NCBI GenBank assembly: GCA_002256025.1
Contig: NKIB01006075.1
Location: 62,001 to 126,000 of the forward strand
Length of the DNA: 64,000 nt
Origin: Asterionella formosa
Taxonomy: Eukaryota
Reading direction: 5' to 3'
This document shows, one piece after another, positions 22,919-35,900 of this stretch. How positions within the stretch are numbered: position 1 is the stretch's first letter; every line of letters starts with the position of its first letter. A program made the translations under genes and the position numbers. Below the pieces are notes generated by a model that did no database searches, was not told where the DNA came from, and worked only from the letters and a program-made list of their open reading frames with translations.

Positions 22919-24184
22919 ATGACAGTCGCCAGGTCCGAACATTCACCACTGCAACCAGAGACTCGCCGCCCTACTACATGCACGTGTGGTCATCATAGGA
23001 GTAGTTCCACGACAACAGAAGATGGCCTGTGTTTGTTGTCCAACATGGAAGCTTCTTTCGTGCACCTTCCTAGTACTGAGGGATTCACCCTGGGGACAAC
23101 TCTCAATCATCAAGATGGCTTTCTCTGGACATATCAACATGTGAATCGCATGATTCGGGCCGCCGATGGACCGCATGATGCTGCTTTGTGTGTGGATTGT
23201 GTGCATCGAGTCATGAAAGCGCTTCAGGATGATATTCATCGCATCCAGGCAGAAACGGTAGCGTACGATGCGGCCGTTGTCGAAGAAGAAGAGCGCTATC
23301 AAAGTTTGAGAAAGGCGGTGTCTTCGAATTTAGTTCCTCCTGGAGAAGTCACGATGAATTTAATTGAATGGACACAAAAGTCCTTTCGAGATGAAATTGA
23401 TGAACTAATGGAAGCATGTCGACTTCACAAAGAAGAACTCGAGCAACTGAGGCAAGGGCAGCGAGAGCAATTCTTGATCTCTAAGCAACTAGATATGTTG
23501 GAAGATTCAATGGCTCAAGAACAAAACACGCTGGAACTAGAAGCTAGAGCCTTTGACAATGACATGGCGCAAGTTTCATATCAGATCCGTAAGGTCCACG
23601 ATGAGATGGATTCCCTCGCATCGGTACGTTTGCATTCCGCCCTATTTGAGCTGGTCGTCGACAAACGAGGTTTGCGGTACCCTCTTATTAATGATCTGCG
23701 ATTAGCATGTAGACCCAAGGGCGATGTGCAATGGGCCGAAATCAATGCCGCGTGGAGCCAGGTGTTGACCTTTTTGCTACTGGTTGGAACTAGCGTTGGT
23801 TTTCGTCCCAAGAATTGGAGGATTGTCCCATTAACTTCGTGTGCAAAGCTCATGTACCTAGAGTCAAATCGTCGAGAGGTCTATACCATGGGTGGAAAAG
23901 ATGGAGGCAGAGATCACATGCCATCATCCTTAAGAGCACTAACCGCTTTGTTGGATCCATTGGTGCAACATATTGCCAAATTGCTACCTGAGTGCTCCAC
24001 TGTCATACCATATGACATGTCGAGGAACCGAATCGGTTCATGGGACTTGTCGAGAATTGAGGATGGTGATGATTCTGGATGGTCCAATGTTATTCAGTGC
24101 ATTTCCCTGAACCTACGCTGGGTCCAAGACCGTGCATCGGATTGGGAAACTATCCGGTTGCTGGATGCATCTTTTACTTCTTAG
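22919..24184 (+). CDS. ATG6: Beclin-1/ATG6/Vps30 family autophagy protein, 421 aa
   Basis: LCVDC motif, long coiled coil, INDLRL...VQWAEINAAWSQ...WRIVPL (BARA domain). Confidence 0.85.
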   Translation: MTVARSEHSPLQPETRRPTTCTCGHHRSSSTTTEDGLCLLSNMEASFVHLPSTEGFTLGTTLNHQDGFLWTYQHVNRMIRAADGPHDAALCVDCVHRVMKALQDDIHRIQAETVAYDAAVVEEEERYQSLRKAVSSNLVPPGEVTMNLIEWTQKSFRDEIDELMEACRLHKEELEQLRQGQREQFLISKQLDMLEDSMAQEQNTLELEARAFDNDMAQVSYQIRKVHDEMDSLASVRLHSALFELVVDKRGLRYPLINDLRLACRPKGDVQWAEINAAWSQVLTFLLLVGTSVGFRPKNWRIVPLTSCAKLMYLESNRREVYTMGGKDGGRDHMPSSLRALTALLDPLVQHIAKLLPECSTVIPYDMSRNRIGSWDLSRIEDGDDSGWSNVIQCISLNLRWVQDRASDWETIRLLDASFTS

Positions 24185-25588
24185 AATGTGACCTTTTCTT
24201 GATATTGAGTGCTGTCATTATAGTGCAGGGCTAGAGATCTGGAAATACATGTTTTCTCTCCCTTCTGCAGACGCACTGATGGCTTTTCCAATGTCAAAGG
24301 TTTGGGTCATTCTTTCATTTGCTACGGAAACTTTTCGAACCTAATATTGTTATCAATTCTATCGGCGGGCATTTTGGAAATAAATGAATTTATGTGAATA
24401 AACCCAATCCGTATAGCCCTGGAGAGTAGACCACAGACTTGAGCTAATATAATGGCATTCCAAGAGAATTTTGGTCTTAACCTTGAGTATGGTGGCAGAT
24501 ATCATGGTAGCAATCACATGTTATCACAAGCTAGCTAGGTACATGCAATTTCTTTGCTTCAGTTGCCTCACTTTTTTGCTCAATATTGCTGCTGTTCCTT
24601 TTGCAGGCTTTCAGATTTGTTCATCTAGTCATGAGTGAAATGCTTTTTGGGGATCACTTTTCAAATGATATTCAAAAAATTATAGCAATATCAGTTATGG
24701 CTGCCATCAGCAACCTGCCATTCACGGTGTTTGGTTGCCAGTTAATCAATTCAGGAAACATCTTCATGACAAGAACTCTTTTGGTGAAAACATACAATAT
24801 AATACTCATAGATTGACAAGATATCTCAATCAGGTGTTTACAAATATATCTTTGGAAGCAAATGAGGTCAATATTTCTACAGACAAGAAGATGATGGTAT
24901 TTTGACATGAGTATCAAAGAAGGGCAAAAGTAGGCAAATATTTTTTTAATACAGGAAAGGCAGCATCAGCGGTTCCTAAGCTTCCTACATTTAGAATGTA
25001 TCTGAATGGGACGATAAATGTGTTCCATTAAGGAGGCTGCTAAGAAGAAGAAGAAGCCAGGGTCATGAGGAAGGTCAAAAAATTGTGATGATTACGTGCT
25101 ATCATCTAGTGGTAGTAGTACTTCAATTTGACTATGAGAGAAACAAGTTTCTCTGTGTACTAGTTATGATTTCAAGAGTAAAATTAATATGACTAGTCTA
25201 GGAGAAGAATTTAATCCAAGAAAAAGGCAATAGATAAGTGAAGAACAAAGAGGAGAAGGAAAAGAAGCTAGATTCGTAGTGCTGCAGTAGGAGGGAATGA
25301 AAACTAGAGGGGGCGGGACTGATGTTTTATCAGAACTAGCTAGCTACTGCTTCATTGTCCCATGTCTTCGACTTGAAATGACTGAGCAAAACATCCAGCT
25401 AGAGGACTCATCATTACCAGTGCAACAATCATCCATACCTCTCAGCAGCAACAACAACATCCAGAAACAAAAAATAACATAATGGGACTCCCCTGAAGCC
25501 TAGAAACTCATCAACCCCCTAACCAAAGGAATCCACCCTGAATGAAATCAGAAAATAAATAGGCACCCAATGGAAGGTTACCAGTTAA

Positions 25589-26775
25589 GGTTGCTGCATG
25601 AAACCGTTGGCAAAAATTAAAAAATTGCTTAGGGTTGCCAGAATTAAAAATTTTATTCGCTATTTTTGAATGATGTGATTCCATTTGAAATATTTAAATC
25701 AGTGGAAATTTGCGAATATGTACATAGATTCGTTTTCGAAATCACTAAATACATCTATAAACATTCTACATCGCCATATGTGTATATACCCGAAAATGCG
25801 ATCAATATGTATGCATAGATGATGCTCCATCCTCCTATTGACCATTTTATGTGCTAATAACAATGAATCCATTTGAAATACAATTCAAATCACTGAATAT
25901 ATATATGTTATAGATTCTACATCGCTTTTTGTGTATGTACCGGAAATACAATCTATACTCTGATTGAAAACTATGTGTCATACATACAACCCAGTGGCTT
26001 GGCAAATATTTGAGAGTGCACTCAAGGAGTGGTATGCATATGTGAAATGATGATCATCTACTGGTACCCGTAGTGAATATAGTACCGGACTGCTGTCAGT
26101 ACACCCAAGAAGATGTTACATGCTGTGCATCCAAGAATGTGGCCGGCATGGGTTTGCAAGACCTCACAAACTGGGCCAATCAAATGGAGGACTGTAATTC
26201 ATATTGACCAATCATATTATGTATGTGAAAGCGGGCACTTACAATGGAATTTGTTGGACAGGTGATTTTAGGGCTGAAAATTCTGGCACATGACTACTAT
26301 TCTGTTGATGATGTTTTTCAGCTCATAGTAATTCTGATTCCGATATTTTGGCAACCATAGAAAAGGCCGACTTTTGTCGAATTTTTGGACAACAATAGCT
26401 CAATGTTGGCTGGGTCTGAAGGGGATTTAGATACATAGGTAACTTTCAAATAGCATCAGTATAACTTCTGGCAAGAAGCTGCAGAAAGGACTTCGGTTTT
26501 TGTATTATACCAAATAAACAGATTTCCCCCGAATTTTCAAGTCTTTTTAGCATAGTTAAAAAACCGAAGTTCCTTTCTGCAGTTTCTGGCCAGATCCTAT
26601 ATCCTGACAATATATAGAGATGACCAACATCCCTACTTTGTCCGAAGACTGTTTGAAAGCATATGGAAAAGGTGTCTGTGTAATAGTGAAAGCTCCGTTG
26701 GGCATTATACATATTTATTTTAAATGTGAAAAGTATGTGTTTGATTAGTCTGAATAAATATAATTTTTTAAACCC
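25589..26775 (-). mobile_element. Non-autonomous DNA transposon copy A (homologue of 57463-58482, opposite orientation)
   Basis: Begins TTAA|GGTTGCTGCAT; colinear similarity to the reverse complement of 57463-58482; distal terminus degraded. Confidence 0.8.
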
Positions 26776-27646
26776 TACCTCGAGCTAGGGGTTCAAATGG
26801 AGCATCATCAATCCCACATTTTGAGAAAGTTAGAAATCGCCTCTATAATAAAACGTCGTCGTCAGAATGTATGCTATCTGGTACTGGTACCATTAGGCTC
26901 TAAGTACCAGGTACTGGAGTAGGTAGCTATTTACCAATGACCAATTCTTCCTCCTCTTCCTCAGCAGATTCGTTTTGTGAATCCTGTTTCGAATCTCCAA
27001 AGCAGACAAGAAAGGAGGAGAGCGAGTGAAACGAAACTCTTCTGCAGTATTCGATCCTCCATCTTGCTCTCGTCTCTATTTTTATATACCCTGGTCCCTG
27101 GTACTACATATGCATAGAGCATTTGATAACCGGTACATACATGGATATTCGTACCTGGTGCTACCACGACCAGGTACACATGTGTCGATGTGTCGAGAGG
27201 GTGAGACAACAGGTATATCGGTAATATAGTCAGTCAACCGGTACGCAAGATGGAGATTATTTCCAGCATCAGGTACACGTATGTACAACTACATACATGA
27301 CGATATCACCGTAGCTTTGAACTCAACTTATGTACTGGTACAACCGGCGTGTAGGTTTTGTTCGCCCCTTGCTTCCGCTCTCTGTGAAAGCTCCTAAAAT
27401 GTTACTGTAACTTAGCGTACTACCGGGTATTCTCTCTCGGCATTGAGCGGTCGTATATACCACCGGTATTTTGATACCGTTAGATCCAATTGCGATTCCA
27501 AAACTGTCTCATACATGCATTGCTGATGATTCATCCTCCTTTTGCTCGTCAGATCTGATCCACAGCCAGCCGACACCATATAACGTATTGAGCACAGGCA
27601 GAACCGCGCACTGCAGTTTCTAACATTGCTGTGCAAGCCACTCAAG

Positions 27647-28459
27647 ATGCTGAAATCAACTCGCTCCCTCCTTATTTCTAACCCTCAATGGCGACGACGC
27701 ATTTTGTCACAGCAGCAACAGCTGCAACAACGCAATATGTACCACATTCCATCGTCACCGTCAGCACAAGGGGGATCCATCTTTCATGTCCTAGTTTTAC
27801 CGCCGCAACGAGAGGAGTATGGCCGGAATCATTACTTGTACACAAATGGACGATGCTTTTCCGACAAACATCAAGACAAAGACCGTCATCACAGCGCAAC
27901 AAGTGATGGTGATTCATTACCAACAATGCGGGAACGAGCAGAACAGCATGCCCGGAATATTCGAAAAAGCAGTGCCAAAGCCGCACGAAAGGGGGCCAAA
28001 TCAGCAGGTGCCATGGCGAAACAATATGGACCTGTCTTTATTGGCACCTATTTCACCATTTACTGGAGTTTCCTGGCCTTGCTGTATGGCGGAGTCGATT
28101 CAGGTCTCGTGGACCCCTTGACCGTCATTCAATTCATCAAGAGCAACAGCACCGAAACCACTGAAACTTCCATAACCACGGTCGAGTATGTGGTGGGAAT
28201 TATGAACCATTATTCCTTGACAGCTCCGTATGCTCCGTACATTGAGAAGAATCCGCACTTTGCAAATTTAGGGGTGGCGTGGATTGGAGTTAAGTTTACT
28301 GAGCCTGTTCGATTGGCAATAACGATAGCGGTGGTGCCCAGGCTTGCACGATATTTTGGTTTTGTCAAGAAGGATGAAGAGGACGACATTGTTCACGAGA
28401 CGAAGGGAGAGGAGACGCCACCTGCCCCCGCCTCCAAGGAGCCTGCCAAGAAGGAGTGA
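27647..28459 (+). CDS. DUF1279/FAM210-like membrane protein, probably mitochondrial, ~270 aa
   Basis: KQYGPVFIGTYF...LYGGVDSG...NLGVAWIGVKFTEPVRLAITIAVVP; Arg/Ser-rich presequence. Confidence 0.82.
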   Translation: MLKSTRSLLISNPQWRRRILSQQQQLQQRNMYHIPSSPSAQGGSIFHVLVLPPQREEYGRNHYLYTNGRCFSDKHQDKDRHHSATSDGDSLPTMRERAEQHARNIRKSSAKAARKGAKSAGAMAKQYGPVFIGTYFTIYWSFLALLYGGVDSGLVDPLTVIQFIKSNSTETTETSITTVEYVVGIMNHYSLTAPYAPYIEKNPHFANLGVAWIGVKFTEPVRLAITIAVVPRLARYFGFVKKDEEDDIVHETKGEETPPAPASKEPAKKE

Positions 28460-28956
28460 AGGAGCGCCTTGTCTCAACATGGAGAGCTCCATTTTTCTTA
28501 GTAGGATACGTATAGATAATAATGTAACACAAACACTGAGCCAGATGAGCAAGTGTGGTTTCGGCAACCCCATATGCTCTTTTTCCTTACATATGAGTTG
28601 CTGCCGCCTTAGTGATTGTTGGCACCAATGGCTCCTTATCAGAGCACTGCAACTCTTACCCTAATGTGGTCACATCGCCACGTTGGGCCGCGATTATTGC
28701 TAGCAAATAACTTTGATTTGAAACTAGAGACTACCGGTATTATAGTTGAGGCTGTAAGCATCTGAACTCTCGGTAAGCAAAAAATAAACTAAACTATTCG
28801 TTTATAAAAATAAATTTAACTACCGGTATTCGTTTTTATCCTCGAGGAGCTTTTCTCTAACTAAGTCATCTACGAGAGACCCATAAGTTATACGTTTCCT
28901 AGCATTTCCATGGACAAAAAGAGCAAAAAAAGTAAGTATGCACCGGCAAATCTACA

Positions 28957-29227
28957 CCGTATCGGAAAAAGATATTTCGTCCTGCCTACCGGTACTTCGA
29001 TATTTCCTCCCTCGAACCCTAACCCTTATCTTCAGGTGCTCCCTTATGATACCCGGTATGGGGACGAAATATCATTTTCCTGCATACTGATATATATATT
29101 TATATACCGGTATTCGAAAAGGATATTTCGTCCCCCTAACCCCAGACTATCGGCATTCATTGTACCAGGTTAGCATCTGATGAAGGTAAGGGTTAGGGGG
29201 ACGAAATATCTTCTCCACATACCGGTA
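28957..29227. mobile_element. Pair of ~120-130 bp palindromic micro-MITEs containing CCCTAA/TTAGGG motifs
   Basis: GATATTTCGTCC 28971 / GGACGAAATATC 29062; perfect 21-bp inverted repeat GATATTTCGTCCCCCTAACCC at 29122-29142 / 29190-29210; second unit bounded by TACCGGTA at 29105 and 29220. Confidence 0.75.
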
Positions 29228-29279
29228 TATGTATTATATTTATATATATTTCGCATTGTTAGGCAGAATCTAATTTAAA

Positions 29280-30201
29280 TTAAAACATTGGGTTTCCAGC
29301 GAGGGCAGGAACAGCTCCTTCAATGTTGGCTTCAGCACAGAAAGACATAATGGCGATCATAGCAAGACGTCCGTTATTCAATTCACGAGATTGTTTTGTG
29401 GCAAGGGTTGTAGCATCAACACCGGAGAAATCAATTGGGGGGAAAATCATGGTAGGAAGGGGTCCGCCCTTGGTGTAGTGAGTGTTGGCAGACTCGGAGA
29501 TGATTTCCGCAAGGAATATCATTCCAACGATTTGGGCCTTGCCTACATGGAGGATATCAAGAATTAGAATTTTTTCGTGTTGTCGAAATTGAATAATCAT
29601 AAATATGTAAAACATGAACATACCTGCATCAGGAACCGCGGACCAAGCATCAAGAGGCTTCATGGTGGAAAGTGACGCAAAGGAGACATCCGACGAGAGC
29701 ATACCAGGAAAGTGGATTCCGGCAGCCTGGACGAGGTATCCAGTGGTGGCAAGCATGGCAACACGAGAATGCTTGAGCTCAGAAGCGCGGAACCAGGCAA
29801 AGGTGGAATCGGATCCCAAAGTTGCAAGGTTCAAAGGGTCGAATCCCTTGAAAGGGGCAGTGGCTCCAGGCATACCCTCAAGTCCCATGCGAAGAGCAGT
29901 GGATGATCCCTAGATTATGAGAAAAAGAGGCAGTGTTAGCAATCAATATGGCTATGAAACTTCACGTACAATGGCAGCGAGAGCCAATCATGGAATAAAG
30001 AAAAACAGACCGAGACGCTTCATGGTACAGTAGACGAATTTAGGCTACCCTTAGAAAGTCAAAGACATGAATCACCAACCAATCAACAAAACCCAGTTCT
30101 TTCCCCACCCATGTAAAGAGCGAGAAACACACCTTTGTGGAGGAAGGGGCGAAAGCAGCGGCAGAGCCGGCAAGAGCGAGGAGGGTAGCAGTGGTCTTCA
30201 T
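29280..30201 (-). CDS. Fucoxanthin-chlorophyll light-harvesting protein (LHC/FCP; subfamily uncertain), 3 exons (30201-30133, 29909-29624, 29542-29280), 205 aa
   Basis: MKTTATLLALAGSAAAFAP presequence; FDPLNL, ELKHSRVAMLA, ELNNGRLAMIA; GT-AG introns of 223 and 81 bp. Confidence 0.95.
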
Positions 30202-31164
30202 GGTGTCGGCTGTTTTCGTTTGATTATAAACATAATTCGCGAGGTTCACATTCAGATCAAAACCCATGCCGTGTTGTTTCATGGCACGCCGACGTAGGCA
30301 ATATTACCTCCATCAAATCTTTCAACATCAACATGGAATCGCATGTTTTGCTTTGAAGATTCCCTGATGGGGGGGGGTGTCTTAGCCATGTATCTATAAT
30401 ATCCAGCTTCGCCCGTCCCTCGCCGTCTTATTTGAGGAGGGTAGTGTTGGAATTCGAGCAGGCGCGCAAGATGGGTGACGAAGGCAAGCTTGGTAACCGG
30501 TATGTGTATAAGGTATAACTATCATGATGTCATCACAATGTGTGAAGTATCATCATCATTGTGTTCTGATGTGTGATATCATCGTCACATCGTCAGCGTC
30601 AGCGTAAGCGGAATGATGCTACAGATACTACCGGAGGTACTTGGACCTTGCACCTGGTACCAGGGTACCATGACGCATCAGTCATTATACTGGTTCCGCG
30701 CGCCAGCCAGTCGACACGTGCATAGAAAAGGCGCGCCACCGACAAAATGGCTGAATTATAGTCTATGTAAGTATATCTATACCGGGATACCGCAACAACC
30801 TCTCCATGCATAATATATATACCGCTTACCTGGTTCCCTGGTACCTGGTGTGCACACCGGAATATCAAATGGTTTTAATCAAAAAGATATTGGCTGAAGT
30901 TAAACGTCAGTACTCCCTACCTGGTACCAGGGACTTGTAAGTGGTATACCGTATGTACCGAAAATTAATTATAACGAGCAATGATTGTTTACCGTTTATC
31001 AATGCAGAATGGCATCATGATGACGAGGAACCCATATTTTTTAAAAATCCTTAAGTGCCTCGCTTACGACATATCCTCGTCCCACCACCCATCAAACATC
31101 GCATCATTTCTATCTACTGGTAAACTACGCTTATCACCGAGCAACAGAGCAGTCAATCACCACG

Positions 31165-32082
31165 ATGAAGGATCGAATAATGTCATGGCTGCCGGTGCTA
31201 CTGGTTCTCCAATCGGGAATGTTGTTGCCTGCCTGCACTTCATTTCCGACCACATCGGGTCCCAAGAGAATGGCACAGACTTCTAAATTATTGGTCGAGA
31301 ATGCTAGAAGGTCATCATCGCTGTGCATGGCAGTACCTGCCATTGTCACAACGACCATGGATACGATTAATTCATTTTCTAAATCCTCCTTGAGCAGTCA
31401 ATTGACTCAAACCGCCTTCGCCACACCGCCACTGGCATACTTTTTAGCTCTCATGGCGGCTGGGTGTGGTATTCCAGTCTCCGAAGATGGCCTTTGCCTG
31501 TTTGCAGGAGCCGTTTGGTCCAAATTAACAGTACGTCATCGAGTTCGCTTGTTTGTTGCCTTGTATCTCGGGGTGGTGGGCTCGGATGCCTTGACCTTTG
31601 GGATTGGAAGGGCGTTACGAATGGGAGTCTTTCCACGAATTCGAGAGCGACTTTTACCTTGGAACCCCATGAACAGCACAGACGACGCGACTATCGTAGT
31701 CGCGTCGAACCGCAAACGAGATAAATTGAAGCGCAGTTTAGAACGCTCTGGCGATTGGGTAGGGTTCGTGATTCGGTTCAGTGTCGGTACTCGTGGACCA
31801 CTCATGCTTTTGTCGGGATTTACGAATCATGTCCCCTTTCTGAAATTCATTCTTGGATCTTCCCTTGGAGCCCTCATTACGCTACCACTGCAATTGTATA
31901 GTGGTCACGTCCTGGGACATCGTCATCCTGGTGCCATTGCAGGTCTGGTGGCAGGTATTTCCTCCTTTTGTTTGTTGGCATTTGTGGCCGTGGGTCTGGT
32001 GTCCTGGGGTGCATTTCTCGTGACGCAAGTGCATCAGCGAAGAATCAGACGACAACAAGGGAATGCTAATAGTACATTATAG
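31165..32082 (+). CDS. DedA/SNARE-associated (VTT) family membrane protein, probably plastid-targeted, 305 aa
   Basis: GIPVSED..LFAG, LGVVGSD...FGIGR, IRFSVGTR...LSG...FLKF motifs; signal ending CTS-F. Confidence 0.82.
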   Translation: MKDRIMSWLPVLLVLQSGMLLPACTSFPTTSGPKRMAQTSKLLVENARRSSSLCMAVPAIVTTTMDTINSFSKSSLSSQLTQTAFATPPLAYFLALMAAGCGIPVSEDGLCLFAGAVWSKLTVRHRVRLFVALYLGVVGSDALTFGIGRALRMGVFPRIRERLLPWNPMNSTDDATIVVASNRKRDKLKRSLERSGDWVGFVIRFSVGTRGPLMLLSGFTNHVPFLKFILGSSLGALITLPLQLYSGHVLGHRHPGAIAGLVAGISSFCLLAFVAVGLVSWGAFLVTQVHQRRIRRQQGNANSTL

Positions 32083-32921
32083 TGAAGGGCAAGACTTGAA
32101 TTCCATTATAGTGATTGGCATGTTGAATTTACCTTTCGGCAATGTATAAATATTGTACATCTACACTTTATGTACTTCATTATTTGCTCCCTCATTCAAT
32201 CAATCATATAAAATCATATTATCAATTTTGTTGGCATTAATTAACACACAATCATGTATTAGTAGTTGCTATGACAGTTTAAATGTGCGTGGTCGTCCAT
32301 AGATCTATCCTCTACTGCCTGGCAAACTACCGGTATGTACCGGTGGCAAACTACCGGTGGGGGTTTCATATACCGGTAAAGGAAAAAGAATACCGGTAAT
32401 AGCAGTTGATGGCTGACCTACCGGTATGCCGGCTTGTACCCCGGTTTTATCGGTGAACCCTGGTAATGATAAAATAGTAATAAAAATGACAGTAAATAAT
32501 GTATGATATTCATGTAATTTTACGGAGATGAATAAAATAATACCGTGGAATGCTAATGTAGTATGTGGTATACGAGTACCGGTTGTACATTTAGAGTGGC
32601 ATGTTGATGACAATGCGCCGCTGATGATGGCCAACCCAATTTGTTCATGATTGCCATGTCTGATGATATGCATGGTTTTCTTCAAAAAATTCTTATTACT
32701 GTCCTGGCATGATTTAGAATTCAATGAAAAACTGAACTATACCGGCCGCCGCAGGTATGCATATCAGTCCTTGGCTGTATTTCTGTGTCAAACCATTTAT
32801 GCAGTAATAGATATCAAATATGCCATATAACTAACTGCCATCACTATTCCAAGTTGGGGAAATAAATCATTTTGGAAACTGATTCTTTCAAGATTTCAAG
32901 AAAGCTCTCAAGTCCTTCAGA

Positions 32922-35900
32922 ATGTCCAATCCTCGCCCAACGAAGAAAGCGAAGACGACTTTGTCGACGACGACGACGATCAACAGGTGCCACAGAGGAC
33001 CATTACCCGTTCCATTTGCTCCTACCAAACTATCGTTTCAATTTCCGCCACGGTTATTCCCCCCTACCATTTTCACCAACGCGGTTTATCGGGACGGCGT
33101 TCGACTCTCGACCGAGACGTGCCAGACTGGACTACTCAAGAAGCCATACTTTGGGACCCGCAAAGCATTCTCAAGAGTTTTCAAAGTAGATGCATCGTTG
33201 TATGAGCTTGATCAAAATCACCAGATCCCCATGCTCACTTCAGAACAAGTATTGCTTTGGCACCACACTTTTGCTGCAACGGCGGCAGCACAATCGCATT
33301 TTCCGAGCAATGTTGGGCGTTTGTTAGGGACCATTACCAGGACTCTCACGACAGATAAGGGGCGACCGAAGCTTCCAAAACCTTTCCTTGGAACATATCC
33401 TATGAAACCGGCTCAATTGAGGAACATATCAAAACAAAAAGCCACCTACGAAGCTAAACAAGAAACAGATAATGCGAATACGATTGAAGCTCGAGCCACA
33501 GCCATTCGAGAGCAATGGCAGCAAATAATAAACAACGGAGTTCAAGTGCATGGGTGGGACATACGTCATGGAAGCTTGCTTACTTCGGCCGTGAATGATC
33601 CCCACTATGTTCCTGTCCCAGCATTACTGAAATGGGCTGCCAAAGATGACCACCAGGGACAGTGCAAGGACCTGTACCATGGTCTCTTGTCGATTCCAAC
33701 AGATACACGTTCGATCCTAACATCCTTGGCAGAATTATCAAGTCCCATTGGATTGTACGATATTCCATTAATCACACCCTATCCTGTTTTGGAAGAAATG
33801 GAACAAATTACGCGAGAAAAACTTCCGGCACTCCAACGCTACCGCCTGACCATTGCTGTGTATGCCAATCGACTCCTCCCTGAAGTCATGATGGCACGAG
33901 ATTTACACATTATCATGTCGGCTCTAGACGAGTTTTCCTATCGACTGACACAACCTTTAGAGTCCTGTCCTGTCCCTCAAAAGCCAGTCTTTGCGTCTGC
34001 CGAATATCCAAAAGTAGTCGTGGAGGACACACTCGATGACGACACAGAAGCAGAAGAGAAGAAGGAACAGGACTTGACCATTCTAGGGTCCACTAGAGAC
34101 GATGGCTTAACAATTTCAGCCTTTACTATTCCTGGATTAATGAAACTTCTAGAGCATAGAGGGAATGATATATCCAACTGGAAACAACCAAACAATTTAC
34201 AAATCGATCTGATGCTTCATCAAAAGCATGCTGTCTGTTGGATGATGCAAATGGAATCCCTGGGTGGATTTGGTATCAATAGCATTCTTTGGGAAGAAAG
34301 GGAATTCTGGGATGGAGGAAAGTACTATTACTCACCGGCCTTGGGGCAAATACGACTGGCACAGCCGCCTACGTGCAAGGGTGGCATTTTGGCAGATCAA
34401 ATGGGATTGGGAAAAACCATGGAAGTGATGGGATTAATTTTGGCCACCTTAGAGATTCTGAAGTCCGAACAGAGAGCAGGGATGATGTACCTGCAGACCA
34501 CATTGATTGTGGTACCTCCTGCCCTTGTCAGTCAATGGATTTCTGAGATTCACAAGTGCTGTGGCGATTATCTTGTTGTTCAGTACTATGATCCAAAATC
34601 TCAAGTCTTTGAAGATAAGAGTAAAGCTAGAGGCACCCCTGATATTGTGGTCACCACATATAGAAGCCTTGAATCGCATGCGGCGTCTAAGAACTTAGCC
34701 GACAAGGTTTGGGGCAGGATAGTTCTGGATGAAATGCAAGAGATTCGTTCTTCAACATCGTTGATTGCCAAGAATTGTGAGAAACTAATTTCTGAACGTC
34801 GTTGGATGCTGTCAGGGACACCATTTTTTGAAGGAATTGATGACCTTCGTGGTGAGCTCAACTTTTTATCCGTTGTCCCCTTTTGTGCGAAATTGGAAGA
34901 TGGATTCTTCGACTTCGCCATTCTCGACCACTGGAAGCAACGGAGCAAGTATGGTCTGGAAACTCTGAAGATTATTGGATTGCTAGCTCTTCGACGATCA
35001 TCGAGTATGACAATTTGTGAGACTGGTGCCCCATTGTTGGGTTTGCAAAATCTCACGATTGAATTTGTTCCCGTGACACAACGTCCTTCGGAACGTGCCT
35101 TATACTGCTATCTGGAGCACTTGGTGGCTCGCGAACTTGAAATGTCGGAAGGGCATACATCGGCCGCACTTTGCCTTCGCTTATTGCGGGAAATGAGCAT
35201 ATCACCAGTATTGCTTAATGGTGGACTTGGAGTCTCCTCACAGCTTCAATCGCTCAACGGTATATTGATCCGGGAGAATAGGCGTCGCCTCCAAAGTGCT
35301 GGCCTGGAAATAGCCGTTGATGAAGACCCCAAAAAGATTCTTAGTAGGAGTGACCTAGTTGACGATATGTTCGACGCAAACCGTGGTCGCACAATTTTAT
35401 CATGTTGGGATGCCATTCGGTACCTTACTCAAGTGCAAGAATCTGTTCATACAGAGGCTGACTTTGTATCTGAAATGACGTTGGGTACTGGCGGAGGAAT
35501 GGCTCGGCGCAACCGAGCGACTACTTCCGTTGATGCTTTAATTATCGATTGTAAAATGAAGTTGGCGGAGGCAAACAAAAAAGTTAGTGCTGCGCGTTCA
35601 GAAAGGGCCAGGGCTCGTTGGCACCTAGCTCTGGAACTTGTCACCATTGGTGCTTGTCCAGAATACCCCAAGTGCATCAAACGATCGGTGGCGACACTTT
35701 GGAAATGGCGTTGGTTAGTAGAGAAGAGGAGCCACATTGACAAGCATAGAAGCACGTCTTGTTTCTTGAGGCGAGGGTGGCGGCCAAGTGAAAAGTTTGC
35801 CGCCATTGATTTATATGCTACAAATCCAGGCTTTGCATGGGCCCATGCAAGGAGTGTTGAAATAAATGAAATTCCAAACGAAGTCACATTTGAGGAAATA

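Noticed and set aside
24300..25560. CpG-poor stretch with short ORFs
   Set aside because: Probably a TE relic, but no domain, terminus or repeat partner could be supported
29017..29200. CCCTAA/TTAGGG motifs as an interstitial telomere or fusion scar
   Set aside because: Only 1-2 units each, embedded in TIR-like structures rather than arrays
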